A DNA stretch of 64,000 bases from Squalus acanthias (taxonomy: Eukaryota), in contig CM059425.1 in assembly GCA_030390025.1 (NCBI GenBank), positions 177,632,001 through 177,696,000 of the forward strand. Reading direction: 5' to 3'. A program made the position numbers and the translations under genes. Within the stretch, counting starts at the first letter, position 1; each line of letters starts with the position of its first letter. Below, piece after piece: positions 1 through 10,194 of the stretch. The notes beneath the pieces were generated by a model. The model was not told the DNA's origin, did no database searches, and saw only the letters and a list, made by a program, of their open reading frames with translations.

Positions 1-1728
1 GTAGCACTGAATAGGAGCACCTGGACAGGCAAAGGCTCACTGAAGACAGGCACTAAGGGAATGCTCAAGGGTGATTAATTTACTTTGTTAGGTTATATTG
101 GATGGATTGATGGATAAAGTTGGATTGGAATGTTTGTTTTGTGGTGGCTTTTATTTCAGCATTGTGGCCAAGAGGACACTGTGATGGTCCGTAACAGGCA
201 AGGTAAGGTGTGAGACTGTTGTTGAATTGGGAATTGGGGAATGTTCACTCGTACCACAGTCAGATGAGTCGATCACGGAGAGACCGGGCAGAAAGGGGCT
301 GTCTGGGTTGCCTTCCGCTTCCTCCTACTCCGCTTCTTCTTCCTCCTCTTCCTCTTTCTCAGTTGGTTGCCATATGCCTGGTGGCAAGGGCTATGCCCTC
401 ATGATGGCGAGGTTGTGGAGCATGCAACAGACCACGAGAAATCTTGAGACGCATTCTGGAGAGTATTGCAGGGCTCCTCCAGAGCGGTCCAGGCAGCGAA
501 AGCATTGTTTAAGGATGCCAATGGTCTGCTCTATCAGATTCCGTGTGGCAGCATGGCTCTCATTGTACGCATGCTGCCCACATGTGGTTGGGTTGTAGAG
601 CGGAGTCATGAGCCAGGTGGTCAGGGGATAGCCCTTGTTCCCCAGTAGCCACCCTCTAGTTTGTCTTGGGAGCTCAAAGAAGGAGGGAACAGCGGACTGA
701 CAGAATAAAAGCATCATGACTGCTGCCAGGATACCGGGCATTCACCATCATGATGCGCTGAGCATGGTCGCACACCAAATGCACATTCAGCAAGTGGTAA
801 CCTTTGTGGTTGCAGTACATCTCAGAATTTAGATGCAGTGCCCACAAAGCCATGTGCGTACAGTCGATGGTGCCCTGCACCATGGGGAAGCTCGCTATCC
901 TGGCAAAGCCATGTGCATGATTCGCCTGCTTCTCTCTGGTCAGAGAGAAGACAATGAAATCCTGTCTCCTGGCACAAAGAGCGTCTGTCACCTCTTTATG
1001 CAGCAGTGGATGGCAAACTGCAGGATGTTCCAGATGTTGTCTGCTCCAGCCTGGAAGGATCTCGACGCAAAGAAATTCAGGGCCATGGTCACCTTCACAG
1101 CCACTGGCAGCGCTGACCTTGCCCTGGTGTGAGGCTGCAGGTCTGGCTGCAAGAGGTGGCAGAGTTCTGTGAGCACCTCCTTCGTAAAGCACAGATGCCT
1201 CACACACTGCTCCTGGCTCAGGCTGAGGTAAGAGCATTGCTCTCGGAAGACCCTAGGTGGGTAAGGCCTCCTGCTGAGAGCTCTTCTCCGCCTCCTCCTC
1301 CTCTCTCTGCGAGCAGCTTGTCCTCTTCTTTGCTGCCGCTGCTTCATCTCCCCATCATGCTGCAGGCCAAGGGGGATAACAACTTGAGCCCCCATGACTG
1401 GGAGCAAGTGGCCTGAAGTCAGAACCTAGGCCTTCTCCACTTGTAGCATCACTCCCTGTCACCTCACCAACTTTAAACAACTCTAGAAAGCTGCAAACAC
1501 TTCCACACACTTACACAGAGCCAGTAGAAACTAATTAACAATCATGCTGATTGACTTCACGATCTGCCTACTCTACATACTTCTGGCACACGCTCCCAGC
1601 GCTGATGCTAACGTGCTGGGCACGGCCCACACCAGAATTGTGCGCACGTGGCTCAGATGCCATTTTGGACCCTACACAGCACCTGTAGCACCCAAGCAAC
1701 AGGCACTACGCAATCGAATTTTTATCCC
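1..1728 (-). mobile_element. Harbinger DNA transposon (left end probably outside the window)
   Basis: Contains the transposase. The right end reads GAATTTTTATCCC followed by TAA (1729-1731), the same terminal pattern and TAA target as the MITE at 9186-10074. Confidence 0.7.
391..1407 (-). pseudogene. PIF/Harbinger (HARBI1-like) DDE transposase, frameshifted
   Basis: Three overlapping minus-strand ORFs (988-1407, 674-1237, 391-741) join into a Harbinger transposase: GTIDCTH (first catalytic D), YPGSSHDAFIL, LLGNKGYPL (expected GD changed to GN), IEQTIGILKQCFRCL (E), CCMLHN. Frameshifts lie between the pieces. Confidence 0.88.
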
Positions 1729-2704
1729 TAACATTTGAAATGTCAGGTAATCACTTGCAGTGGTTTCTAACATTCTTCTTTACTGTAGCTTTCTATGCCA
1801 AGGCTATCACATGATATCCATTACTTATACCAAGCTGTTAACCTATTATATTATACACATTCCTACACAGCTTCCAGTGGTTTACATCTTGATATCCCTG
1901 TAGAAATTTAAAAAACAGACTCAAATTATTCATATTTCCTTTTCTACTCTGTTAGGGCTCTCAACATAATAGTTATAGATATGATACATATGAATGATGT
2001 GGATTTTCCAAGACTTTCAGCTAGTCTAATGAATCCACATGGGCTGCAGGGCCTCCTACATCTCTCTCTCTCCTACTATTTACGATGACTGTGCCCAGTA
2101 TCTCCACAACCTTTTTTACCTGATGTGTTAATACCCACAGGTCTGGTGGTCCTCCACTTGTTGCCTGACATTCTCTAGTATTATGAGCAAATTACTCTTG
2201 CATGAAGAGGGAATAGTTTCAATAGTTTGTAACAGTTTCTTGTCCTTTTCTGTTCCTTTTAACTATTGAAAGGGAATATTAACAGTAATATGAGAACATT
2301 GACATGATGTTTCAAAAGACAAGATTGCATGGTTACTTGTGAGAGAAGGTGAATTGAAGGGATCCAGATGACTGTGTAACAGCAGCTGTTGATATCTTGC
2401 TCATTGTGACACCATATGGAACAGTGCTGGAACACTTAGTCACGTCTGCACCTCATGTACTGTCATTTTATTTTAATAATCAGCCATGGCTATAAGTGCC
2501 ACAGCATGACCGTTTCAGATCATTGTCCTGGAGGTTTCATTGGCTGCCAGTGCCACATCCTTCCAAATACCTTGAACTGCAGTGTTTGCAGGCATTTTAC
2601 CAACTACTTCAAAAGGTAATTCCTCCGCTGCCTTAAGGGATGTTGCCACTAACAGTCAGTAAAATGACACCCCAACACAGAGTTTGGCTAATTGGGTCTG
2701 AACG

Positions 2705-3130
2705 ACAACAACTTGCATTTATATAGCACCTTTAACATTAAAAAAATGCCCAAGGCATTTCACAGAGGCGTAATTAGACAAAAATTAGCTAAAGAGGGAG
2801 ATATTAGGAAGGGTGACCAAAAGCTTCGTCAAAGAGGTGGGTTTTAAGGAGGGTATTAAAGGGGGAGAAGTGGAAGGGTTTAGGGAGAGAATTCCAGACC
2901 ATGGGGCCTGGACAGCCGAAGGTATGGCTGCTAAAGGTGGGCTGAAAGGAGGGATGCATAAGAGCCCAGGGTCAGAGGAACGGCGAGTTCAGGGGGGAGG
3001 GGCTAGGGCTGAAGGAGGTTACAGAGATAGGGAGGGCGAGGTCATGAAGGGAATTAAACACAAAGATGAGAATTTTAAATTGGCGATATTGGGGGACCGG
3101 AAGCCAATGTATGTCATTGAGGACAACGGT
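2705..3130 (-). mobile_element. L2 LINE 3' fragment
   Basis: Starts with the reverse complement of the tail (ACAACAACTTGCATTTATATAGCACC) and is antisense-homologous to the L2 RT fragment at 59015-60165. Confidence 0.7.
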
Positions 3131-3538
3131 GTGAAGAGAATGAGAAAAATCTAATCATGAATCAGAGCGAAAATATTGCCCTATGCTGTAAAAGGAGGTA
3201 TTTATGTTGATCACATTGGTCAGTTGCTGATTCACTGTTACATTATTAAAGTCATATATCTGAGGCAACAGGCAGAATTCAAGAGAGACCAAATACCCAT
3301 TATATAATATCATCCGATAATTCTCAAGTGGAAACAATGTAAACAGTTTGTAGAACTGCAGTACTTTTAAACTGAATTTATGTAGCCAGTGAGTTATTAC
3401 CTACTTCAAATTACATCATTTCATCCAAAACACATTCAGAACCAATTGGTTCCCTGGTTTTCTTATGTCATATTTACTGTTTGGGAAGCTGAGTATTCAT
3501 AAATTACTTATCAGTATTTCTCTACATAATAGGAGGTA

Positions 3539-3732
3539 TGTGGTAACACAATACAGCTTCCTGTGACTCGAACTTTATTGCATCACTTCCTGTGATTAGT
3601 CCAGGATAAATACTGGACTGATCAGTTGGATCCTGGAGAGGCATAGAGTAAGACCTCTTTTGTATGTAGCACCTTTTTAGTTGATTAAAGCTTACTTTAA
3701 GTTCACCACGCGTAAGGCTCATTCTTACGACA
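3539..3732 (+). repeat. 5' LTR
   Basis: TGTGGTAA...TTACGACA imperfect terminal inverted repeat; ATTAAA at 3684-3689; direct repeat of 7814-8007. Confidence 0.97.
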
Positions 3733-3810
3733 ATTTAATCAACTTTGGAAAACTTCGCACTCAAACTTTTTGGACGAACTCGGAACTAAGGATCCAGGGA
3801 ATCACCCATA

Positions 3811-6800
3811 ATGGAAAACATCTTTAAACCATCGCGTCTTGACTTGGACCCAAACACCCCAGCAGCCGGTAAGGTGTGGAAACACTGGTATCGCACGTTT
3901 GACAATTTTCTTGAATATTGTAAGGCTGATGATGACTCAAAGTTGCGGATACTCATCAACTGTGTCACCCCGAATGTATTTCAGTATATGGAGGAATGGG
4001 ACAGTTACGAGGAGGCAATTCGGACACTTAAGAGACTATATACTAAGACACCGAATGAGATCTATGCCAGACAACTACTAGCTACAGCCCAACAAGGGCC
4101 GGAGGAATCCATTGATAAATTCCTCCAAGAGCTTCGCAGACTTAGTATGGACTGTAACTTTCGGGCGGCCTCAGCTGAGCTGTACCGTGAAGAAATGATC
4201 CGTGATGCTTTCATCTGCGGGCTTGCCTCCCCATTTATACGCCAGCGTCTACTGGAAAGTAAGACACTTGAGCTTCAGAGAGCTTATGACATGGCTTGCT
4301 CTCTAGATCTGGCAAAAAGAAATGCAGACCTTTATACAGTGCCCAGACCTCGGTCTACTGCCTTAACTACAGTCAGGCAATTTAAGAGGCCACAGGTGAA
4401 CTCTATTAGGGAGGTCTTTATCCCTGACGATCAATCTGATGACTTCACTGATGAAGAGGATGATGACCCCACTGTGGCAGCCTCTTGGCAATCTAAGAAA
4501 TGCTTCTTTTGTGGTGATGAGTTCCACCCTCGGAAATTCTGCCCTGCTCGCAATGCGTTTTGCAGTCATTGCAACAAAAAGGGTCATTTTGCAAAGGTTT
4601 GCCTATCAAGAGCCTCTACGAGGGCTTATCAAGCTAAGTCCTACCGAACTGCCCCGGTAAGGGCCTATCAAGATGTTCCGGCTAAAATCTATCGTGCTTC
4701 CTCTCGAAGAAACACACCTAGAGTTTCAGCCACTCTTTGTGCAACGACACCAATTACAGCTGCTTGTCCTCAGAACCTATTCCATGCAGCTACAAAAGCA
4801 TCAATTAATGGACATACTTTAGATGCCTTAATTGACTCAGGTAGCACTGATAGTTTCATTAGGGAACAGATTGTTGCAGAGTTAAAGCTACATGTTTTCC
4901 CATCGGACCAGGCAGTTGTGATGGCTCAGTCATCACTTAATACCAGAATTTCTGGCTTTTGTATGGTTGAAATAACACTTAATGGTCGCAGGTATCCCTC
5001 CACCCGGCTTTCGGTGCTCAAGGACTTATGTAGTGATCTTATCTTAGGGCTGGATTTTCAAAAGCAGCATAAGAAGCTCACCATTGAGTTCGGCGAATCC
5101 AAACCTGAACTCACTATTTCTAATACACTACCTCGATTACCATTCTGTGCATTGTCAGCAGCTTCACTGGATGAACCCTCACTGTTTTCCAGTATCCCTC
5201 CTCGATGCAAACCGATTATAACAAAGTCACGACGTTTCAGTCAGGAAGACCAGTCTTTTATTGCGGCTGAGATTTCTCGGCTTTTAGCAGAGGATATCAT
5301 CGAGCCTTGTTCGTCGCCATGGCGCGCCCAGGTCGTTATTGTTAAGAACCCTCTACAACCTCACAAGAAACGGCTGTGCATTGACTATTCACAGACCATC
5401 AATCAATATACGGACTTGGACGCATACCCATTGCCGCGCATCGATGATATGGTTAATAAATTGGCTGAGTACACGGTGTTCTCAACATATGATCTAAAAA
5501 GTGCCTATCATCAGGTACCCTTGAAGGTCTCAGACAAGCAGTATACGGCCTTTGAAGCCAATGGACGGCTGTATCAATTTCGTCGCCTCCCCTTTGGGGT
5601 CACTAATGGAGTGGCTGTCTTCCAGCGAGCAATGGATGACCTGGTCAAACAGGAAGACTTGAAGGATACGTTTCCTTATCTGGACAATATTACTGTCGCA
5701 GGTCGCAATCAGCGGGAACATGACGCCAATCTCCAACGATTTTGGGATGCACTCCAGCACCGTAATTTGACATTAAATGCGGCTAAATCCATTGAGTCAC
5801 AACCAACCATCAACATCCTTGGCTATTGTGTGGGCAATGGCATCATTAAACCTGACCCTGAAAGGCTTCGCCCACTTCAAGAACTTCCGCCACCTAAGAA
5901 TCCGGCCTCCTTGCGCCAGGCCCTCGGCCTGTTTGCATACTATGCTAAATGGATTCCTAACTTCTCGGACCGAATCCAACCTCTACTGAAGGCCAGCACA
6001 TTCCCACTAGACACAGCGGCTGTTGCAGCCTTTAACCTCCTGAAAAAACAGTTGGAGAAAGCGACTCTTCACTCCATCGATGAGAGTCTTCCTTTTGTCG
6101 TTGAGTGTGATGCCTCGGAGGTGGCGATCTCGGCCACTCTGAATCAGGAAGGTCGTCCGGTGGCATTTTTGTCCAGGACTTTTCAAGGGGCTGAGCTACA
6201 TTATCCTCCAGTCGAGAAAGAAGCTACAGCCATCATAGAGGCAGTACGGAAGTGGAGTCATTTCCTAGCTCGCCAGCACTTTACCTTAATCACGGACCAG
6301 CGATCGGTCGCCTTCATGCTCGATAATCGAAAACGGACCAAAATTAAAAATAATAAAATCCAGCTTTGGCGGCTGGAATTGGCCTCTTTTGGTTACACCA
6401 TCCACTATCGACCTGGCAAGGAGAATGTGGCTCCAGATACCCTCACACGAGCATTCTGCTCCGCCATGGCACCCTCTACGCTCGTAGACATCCATGATGG
6501 GTTGTGTCATCCGGGCGTTACTCGCATGCTACACTTCGTGCGGTCCCGAAATCTCCCATTCTCTACCGGGGATGTAAAGAAGATGTGCTCGGACTGCAGA
6601 GTCTGTGCGGAATTGAAACCTCGGTTTTTCCGCCCCTCGGGTGGTATACTCATACATGCGACCCAGCCAATGCAACGGCTTAGCATCGATTTTAAGGGGC
6701 CGTTGCCCTCTTCAACTCGCAACACTTATCTATTGACCATGGTCGATGAGTATTCCCGTTTTCCGTTTGCCTTTCCCTGCCCCAATATGCTGACGACCAC

Positions 6801-7749
6801 GGTTATCAGCTGCCTTGAGCAGGTATTTGCTTTCTGTGGCATGGCATCCTATGTTCATTCGGATCGGGGCCCTTCTTTTATGTCAGGAGAACTCAAGGCC
6901 TATCTCTCGGAACGGGGTATTGCTGCCAGCAGAACGACGCCTTATCATCCGGTCGGGAATGGGCAAGTCGAGCGTTTTAACGCTATCATCTGGAATGCGG
7001 TACGTCTGGCTTTGAGATCTCGGGGCCTACCCAACCAGCAATGGGAAGCAGTACTTCCAGACGCATTACACTCCACATGGTCCCTCCTTTCGACCGCCAC
7101 AAATACGACGCCTCATGAACGGTTCTTCCGATTTCAGCGTCGCTCATCCTATGGGATATCCCTCCCGTCGTGGCTGACTGCACCGGGACCAGTGCTACTC
7201 CGAAGATATGTCCGGGCGTCTAATAATGACCCCCTGGTAGATGAGGTTGAGCTCACTGACGTCAACCCTACCTACGCCTATATTCGGTATCCTGACGGTC
7301 GGGAATCTACCGTGTCATTGCGGGATCTGGCTCCCTGCCCGCCGAAACATAGAGGGACACCAGGGGATGATATTGTACCAGGCACATCTCTGGGCTCGCC
7401 AGGTGCCTCTCATCACGATCTGGATCTGACGCCGGCTGGTACCTCACTCCAGCGTGCCGACCTGGGGCAGACTGACTATGAGCCCGTCGGGGCTCGCACG
7501 CGCAGCCACGATCCACCCTGTACCGTACGCTCGGAAACGGATCTGCCACAGCCCTGCCCGATGCCCGTTCGGGCACCAGTACACAGTCAGGATCGTCCTG
7601 ACCCCTCACAGAGCGGGCTGGATCACTCGGACTCTGGTCCACGGCCCGCGGCGGGTAAACGGGCTAGGGGCCCTCTACCGCTACAAGAACCCAAACGGGT
7701 ACGGCTCTCCCTCGTCCAGCGGCTACGAAATGGAGGGAGAATGTGGTAA
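3811..7749 (+). CDS. Gag-Pol polyprotein (Gag, 2x CCHC, aspartic protease, RT, RNase H, integrase), 1312 aa, uninterrupted
   Basis: Knuckles CFFCGDEFHPRKFC and CSHCNKKGHFAKVC; protease LIDSGS; RT LPFG and YLDN; RNase H ECDAS/EKEA/TDQ; integrase H-H-C-C zinc motif plus IDFKG, HSDRG, GQVER (DDE). Domain order PR-RT-RH-IN is the Gypsy order. Confidence 0.96.
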   Translation: MENIFKPSRLDLDPNTPAAGKVWKHWYRTFDNFLEYCKADDDSKLRILINCVTPNVFQYMEEWDSYEEAIRTLKRLYTKTPNEIYARQLLATAQQGPEESIDKFLQELRRLSMDCNFRAASAELYREEMIRDAFICGLASPFIRQRLLESKTLELQRAYDMACSLDLAKRNADLYTVPRPRSTALTTVRQFKRPQVNSIREVFIPDDQSDDFTDEEDDDPTVAASWQSKKCFFCGDEFHPRKFCPARNAFCSHCNKKGHFAKVCLSRASTRAYQAKSYRTAPVRAYQDVPAKIYRASSRRNTPRVSATLCATTPITAACPQNLFHAATKASINGHTLDALIDSGSTDSFIREQIVAELKLHVFPSDQAVVMAQSSLNTRISGFCMVEITLNGRRYPSTRLSVLKDLCSDLILGLDFQKQHKKLTIEFGESKPELTISNTLPRLPFCALSAASLDEPSLFSSIPPRCKPIITKSRRFSQEDQSFIAAEISRLLAEDIIEPCSSPWRAQVVIVKNPLQPHKKRLCIDYSQTINQYTDLDAYPLPRIDDMVNKLAEYTVFSTYDLKSAYHQVPLKVSDKQYTAFEANGRLYQFRRLPFGVTNGVAVFQRAMDDLVKQEDLKDTFPYLDNITVAGRNQREHDANLQRFWDALQHRNLTLNAAKSIESQPTINILGYCVGNGIIKPDPERLRPLQELPPPKNPASLRQALGLFAYYAKWIPNFSDRIQPLLKASTFPLDTAAVAAFNLLKKQLEKATLHSIDESLPFVVECDASEVAISATLNQEGRPVAFLSRTFQGAELHYPPVEKEATAIIEAVRKWSHFLARQHFTLITDQRSVAFMLDNRKRTKIKNNKIQLWRLELASFGYTIHYRPGKENVAPDTLTRAFCSAMAPSTLVDIHDGLCHPGVTRMLHFVRSRNLPFSTGDVKKMCSDCRVCAELKPRFFRPSGGILIHATQPMQRLSIDFKGPLPSSTRNTYLLTMVDEYSRFPFAFPCPNMLTTTVISCLEQVFAFCGMASYVHSDRGPSFMSGELKAYLSERGIAASRTTPYHPVGNGQVERFNAIIWNAVRLALRSRGLPNQQWEAVLPDALHSTWSLLSTATNTTPHERFFRFQRRSSYGISLPSWLTAPGPVLLRRYVRASNNDPLVDEVELTDVNPTYAYIRYPDGRESTVSLRDLAPCPPKHRGTPGDDIVPGTSLGSPGASHHDLDLTPAGTSLQRADLGQTDYEPVGARTRSHDPPCTVRSETDLPQPCPMPVRAPVHSQDRPDPSQSGLDHSDSGPRPAAGKRARGPLPLQEPKRVRLSLVQRLRNGGRMW

Positions 7750-7813
7750 CACAATACAGCTTCCTGTGACTCGAACTTCATCCCGGCCTCCTAATCTTTT
7801 GTGGGGGGGAGAA

Positions 7814-8007
7814 TGTGGTAACACAATACAGCTTCCTGTGACTCGAACTTTATTGTATCACTTCCTGTGATTAGTCCAGGATAAATACTGGACTGATCAG
7901 TTGGATCCTGGAGAGGCATAGAGTAAGACCTCTTTTGTATGTAGCACCTTTTTAGTTGATTAAAGCTTACTTTAAGTTCACCACGCGTAAGGCTCATTCT
8001 TACGACA
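7814..8007 (+). repeat. 3' LTR
   Basis: 193/194 identical to the 5' LTR; preceded by the PPT and followed by TSD AGGTA. Confidence 0.97.
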
Positions 8008-9185
8008 AGGTATCAACTGTAAGTAACAATCATTCAAATGTGTAGTATCTTATATTAGCAAAAATTACTTCTGTTTTTAATTACATGTAATTCATAAAAT
8101 ACAGAATTATGAATTATGGAATGATATTTAAATAGAGAAATGTGATATTTTCTATTGGGGAGCACTCAACTATTCCCAGTATAAATTCCAGTATCCATAT
8201 TTATAATGGAAACTGCCTATAGAAACTTGTCACATTATTATTATACCCTCCTGCCATTGGTAGTGCTGTAGCACATATGTTTGCATCTCTGGGCTCCACA
8301 GCCTGTACTGCAGAGGAATTTGTGTGTTCCAACCAACTCTACCTCTGCTTCCCAAACTGAGATAAGTTTAGCTTTCAACTATAAATATTAAATCAAAATA
8401 TTATATAAAAATGAAGACAGAATAAATGATTTCAAACTGGGGACTAAATTCAGTCTGCTCGCCCTGGTGCAATTAAGCTCTGCCCTCTAACCTTGCTTCA
8501 GCTGAAGGCAACATGTGCAATACTATGGCACATCAACTCATTTTATTTAAGAAGTTGTTGGTATGGAATTATTGAAAGTAACCTGGTCACTTTCTTAGTA
8601 ACAAATTCATTGACAAGTGATGGCATTTAAATCAAGGCCTCTTTCCTATGCTGTATCAGTGGGGATGTTTTTCTATACAACATCTTGCATTTATATGGTG
8701 ACTTTAACATAATAAAAGTATTATGTTTTTACACCCCTCCCCCACAGAAAGAGCAGACATGGGTACTGCAGTAGGTGTAATATACTTGGATTTTCAAAGT
8801 AGACTCATGACCAAGGTGAGAGCATGTGGAGTCAGGGGAAATGTAGCAGAATAGATGATAAGCTAGCTACAAAAGAGAAAACAGAGAGTTGGGCGGGGGG
8901 GGGGGTAAAGGTAGTTACTCAGACTGGCAAAGGTGGGAAGTGGTGTTCACAAGGTTTGGTGATGGGACCACTATTATTCATCATTTACATAAACGATTTA
9001 CACCAAATGGGGGGTGGGAGGTATAGTTAATACTGAGGAAGACTGCGACAAAATACAAGATGTTAATAAACTTACAGAATGGGCGTGTAAATGGCAAATT
9101 AAATTCAATATAGATAAATGTGAGGTGGTGCATTTTGGTAGGAGGAATAAGGAGGCCACCTACTCCTTGGAAAATAAAAGTCTAA

Positions 9186-10074
9186 GGGGGAGAAATTCAG
9201 TATCGCCCCATTTGGGGCGCAATTATCGGCCGGGCGCAAAGATTAGCGCCTGGCGCTAATTATCGCCACCGACTGCAAACTTGACTTTTATCACCCCTGG
9301 AGGTGATTGGAGCGCTAAATCAGGCGCTTCACACCTGTCTTAAGGCGCAAAGGCCGAGGGGCGAGGCGCTACCTCAGAGCGCTGGCGAAGCTCATGTGAT
9401 GTCAGTCAGCAATGGAACACACACACAATGGCACCGGCCAGTTCTTAAAGGGGATGGTTGATCTTGCTTTCCATCCACATCCTGCTCATTGCAGCCTTGA
9501 ATCTCTGCCTGGAGAGACCTGCACATCAAATCTGCTGGAAAGAACAATGGAGAGTACCAGGGAAAGAGCTTAGAGTGCAGCTCCCACAATCTCTTCTAAA
9601 TCGATAGAAGGAATGGCAAATCAAAATGAACCTGCAAAGTGCTGCTCAGTACCCAAAACTCCATCACACAGCATTGAATCTCTCCAGAAGTCTCTCTCTC
9701 TCTCAGAATGCGTGGTTCAAAAATGGCACCAACAATAAAAGGCAGGAAGCGGTCGCCTTTAAATAGCGCTCCCCCAGTCCCTTCATGACTGCAATTCGCT
9801 CCCCTCAACCTGTCGTTGCTAGCATCAGGCGGTAAGGCAGGGGGCGCCACTCAAAATCTGCTCCGGGGCGATACCGGGGCGTTGCGCACTCGACTGACGT
9901 CACGATCTGCCGGCGCAGGAGATCGTGGCGGTAGTGTTTAGCGCCGCCGCAAAATGTCTAGTTCATTTCGCGAGCGGCGCAAACATCGCCGCGCCTGGGC
10001 GCTAGATGCTTTGCGCCCCATTAGCGCCCTCTTAAGGCGCTAACGGGAGGCGCAACCAACTGAATTTTTCCCCC
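9186..10074. mobile_element. Non-autonomous Harbinger element (MITE)
   Basis: 16-bp TIRs GGGGGAGAAATTCAGT / ACTGAATTTTTCCCCC (1 mismatch); TAA TSD (9183-9185, 10075-10077); GC-rich GGCGC-containing subterminal repeats. Confidence 0.88.
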
Positions 10075-10194
10075 TAAATGTGGTACAAATTCGCAAGTCA
10101 TTAAAAATAGCAACACAGGCTATAAAAATTCCAAACAAAGTGTTGGGGTTCATTACTAGACAAATAGAATTCAAAACATAATTTATGTTAAACT

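Larger units (their letters stand above)
3539..8007 (+). mobile_element. Full-length Ty3/Gypsy LTR retrotransposon (Mag-like Gag, single gag-pol ORF)
   Basis: Two 194-bp LTRs (3539-3732, 7814-8007) with TG...CA ends, differing at 1 position. 5-bp TSD AGGTA (3534-3538 / 8008-8012). PPT GGGGGGGAGAA at 7803-7813. Confidence 0.97.

Noticed and set aside
3522..3722. 66-68 aa antisense ORFs occurring twice (also 7791-7997)
   Set aside because: They repeat only because they lie in the two LTRs; nothing supports a protein.
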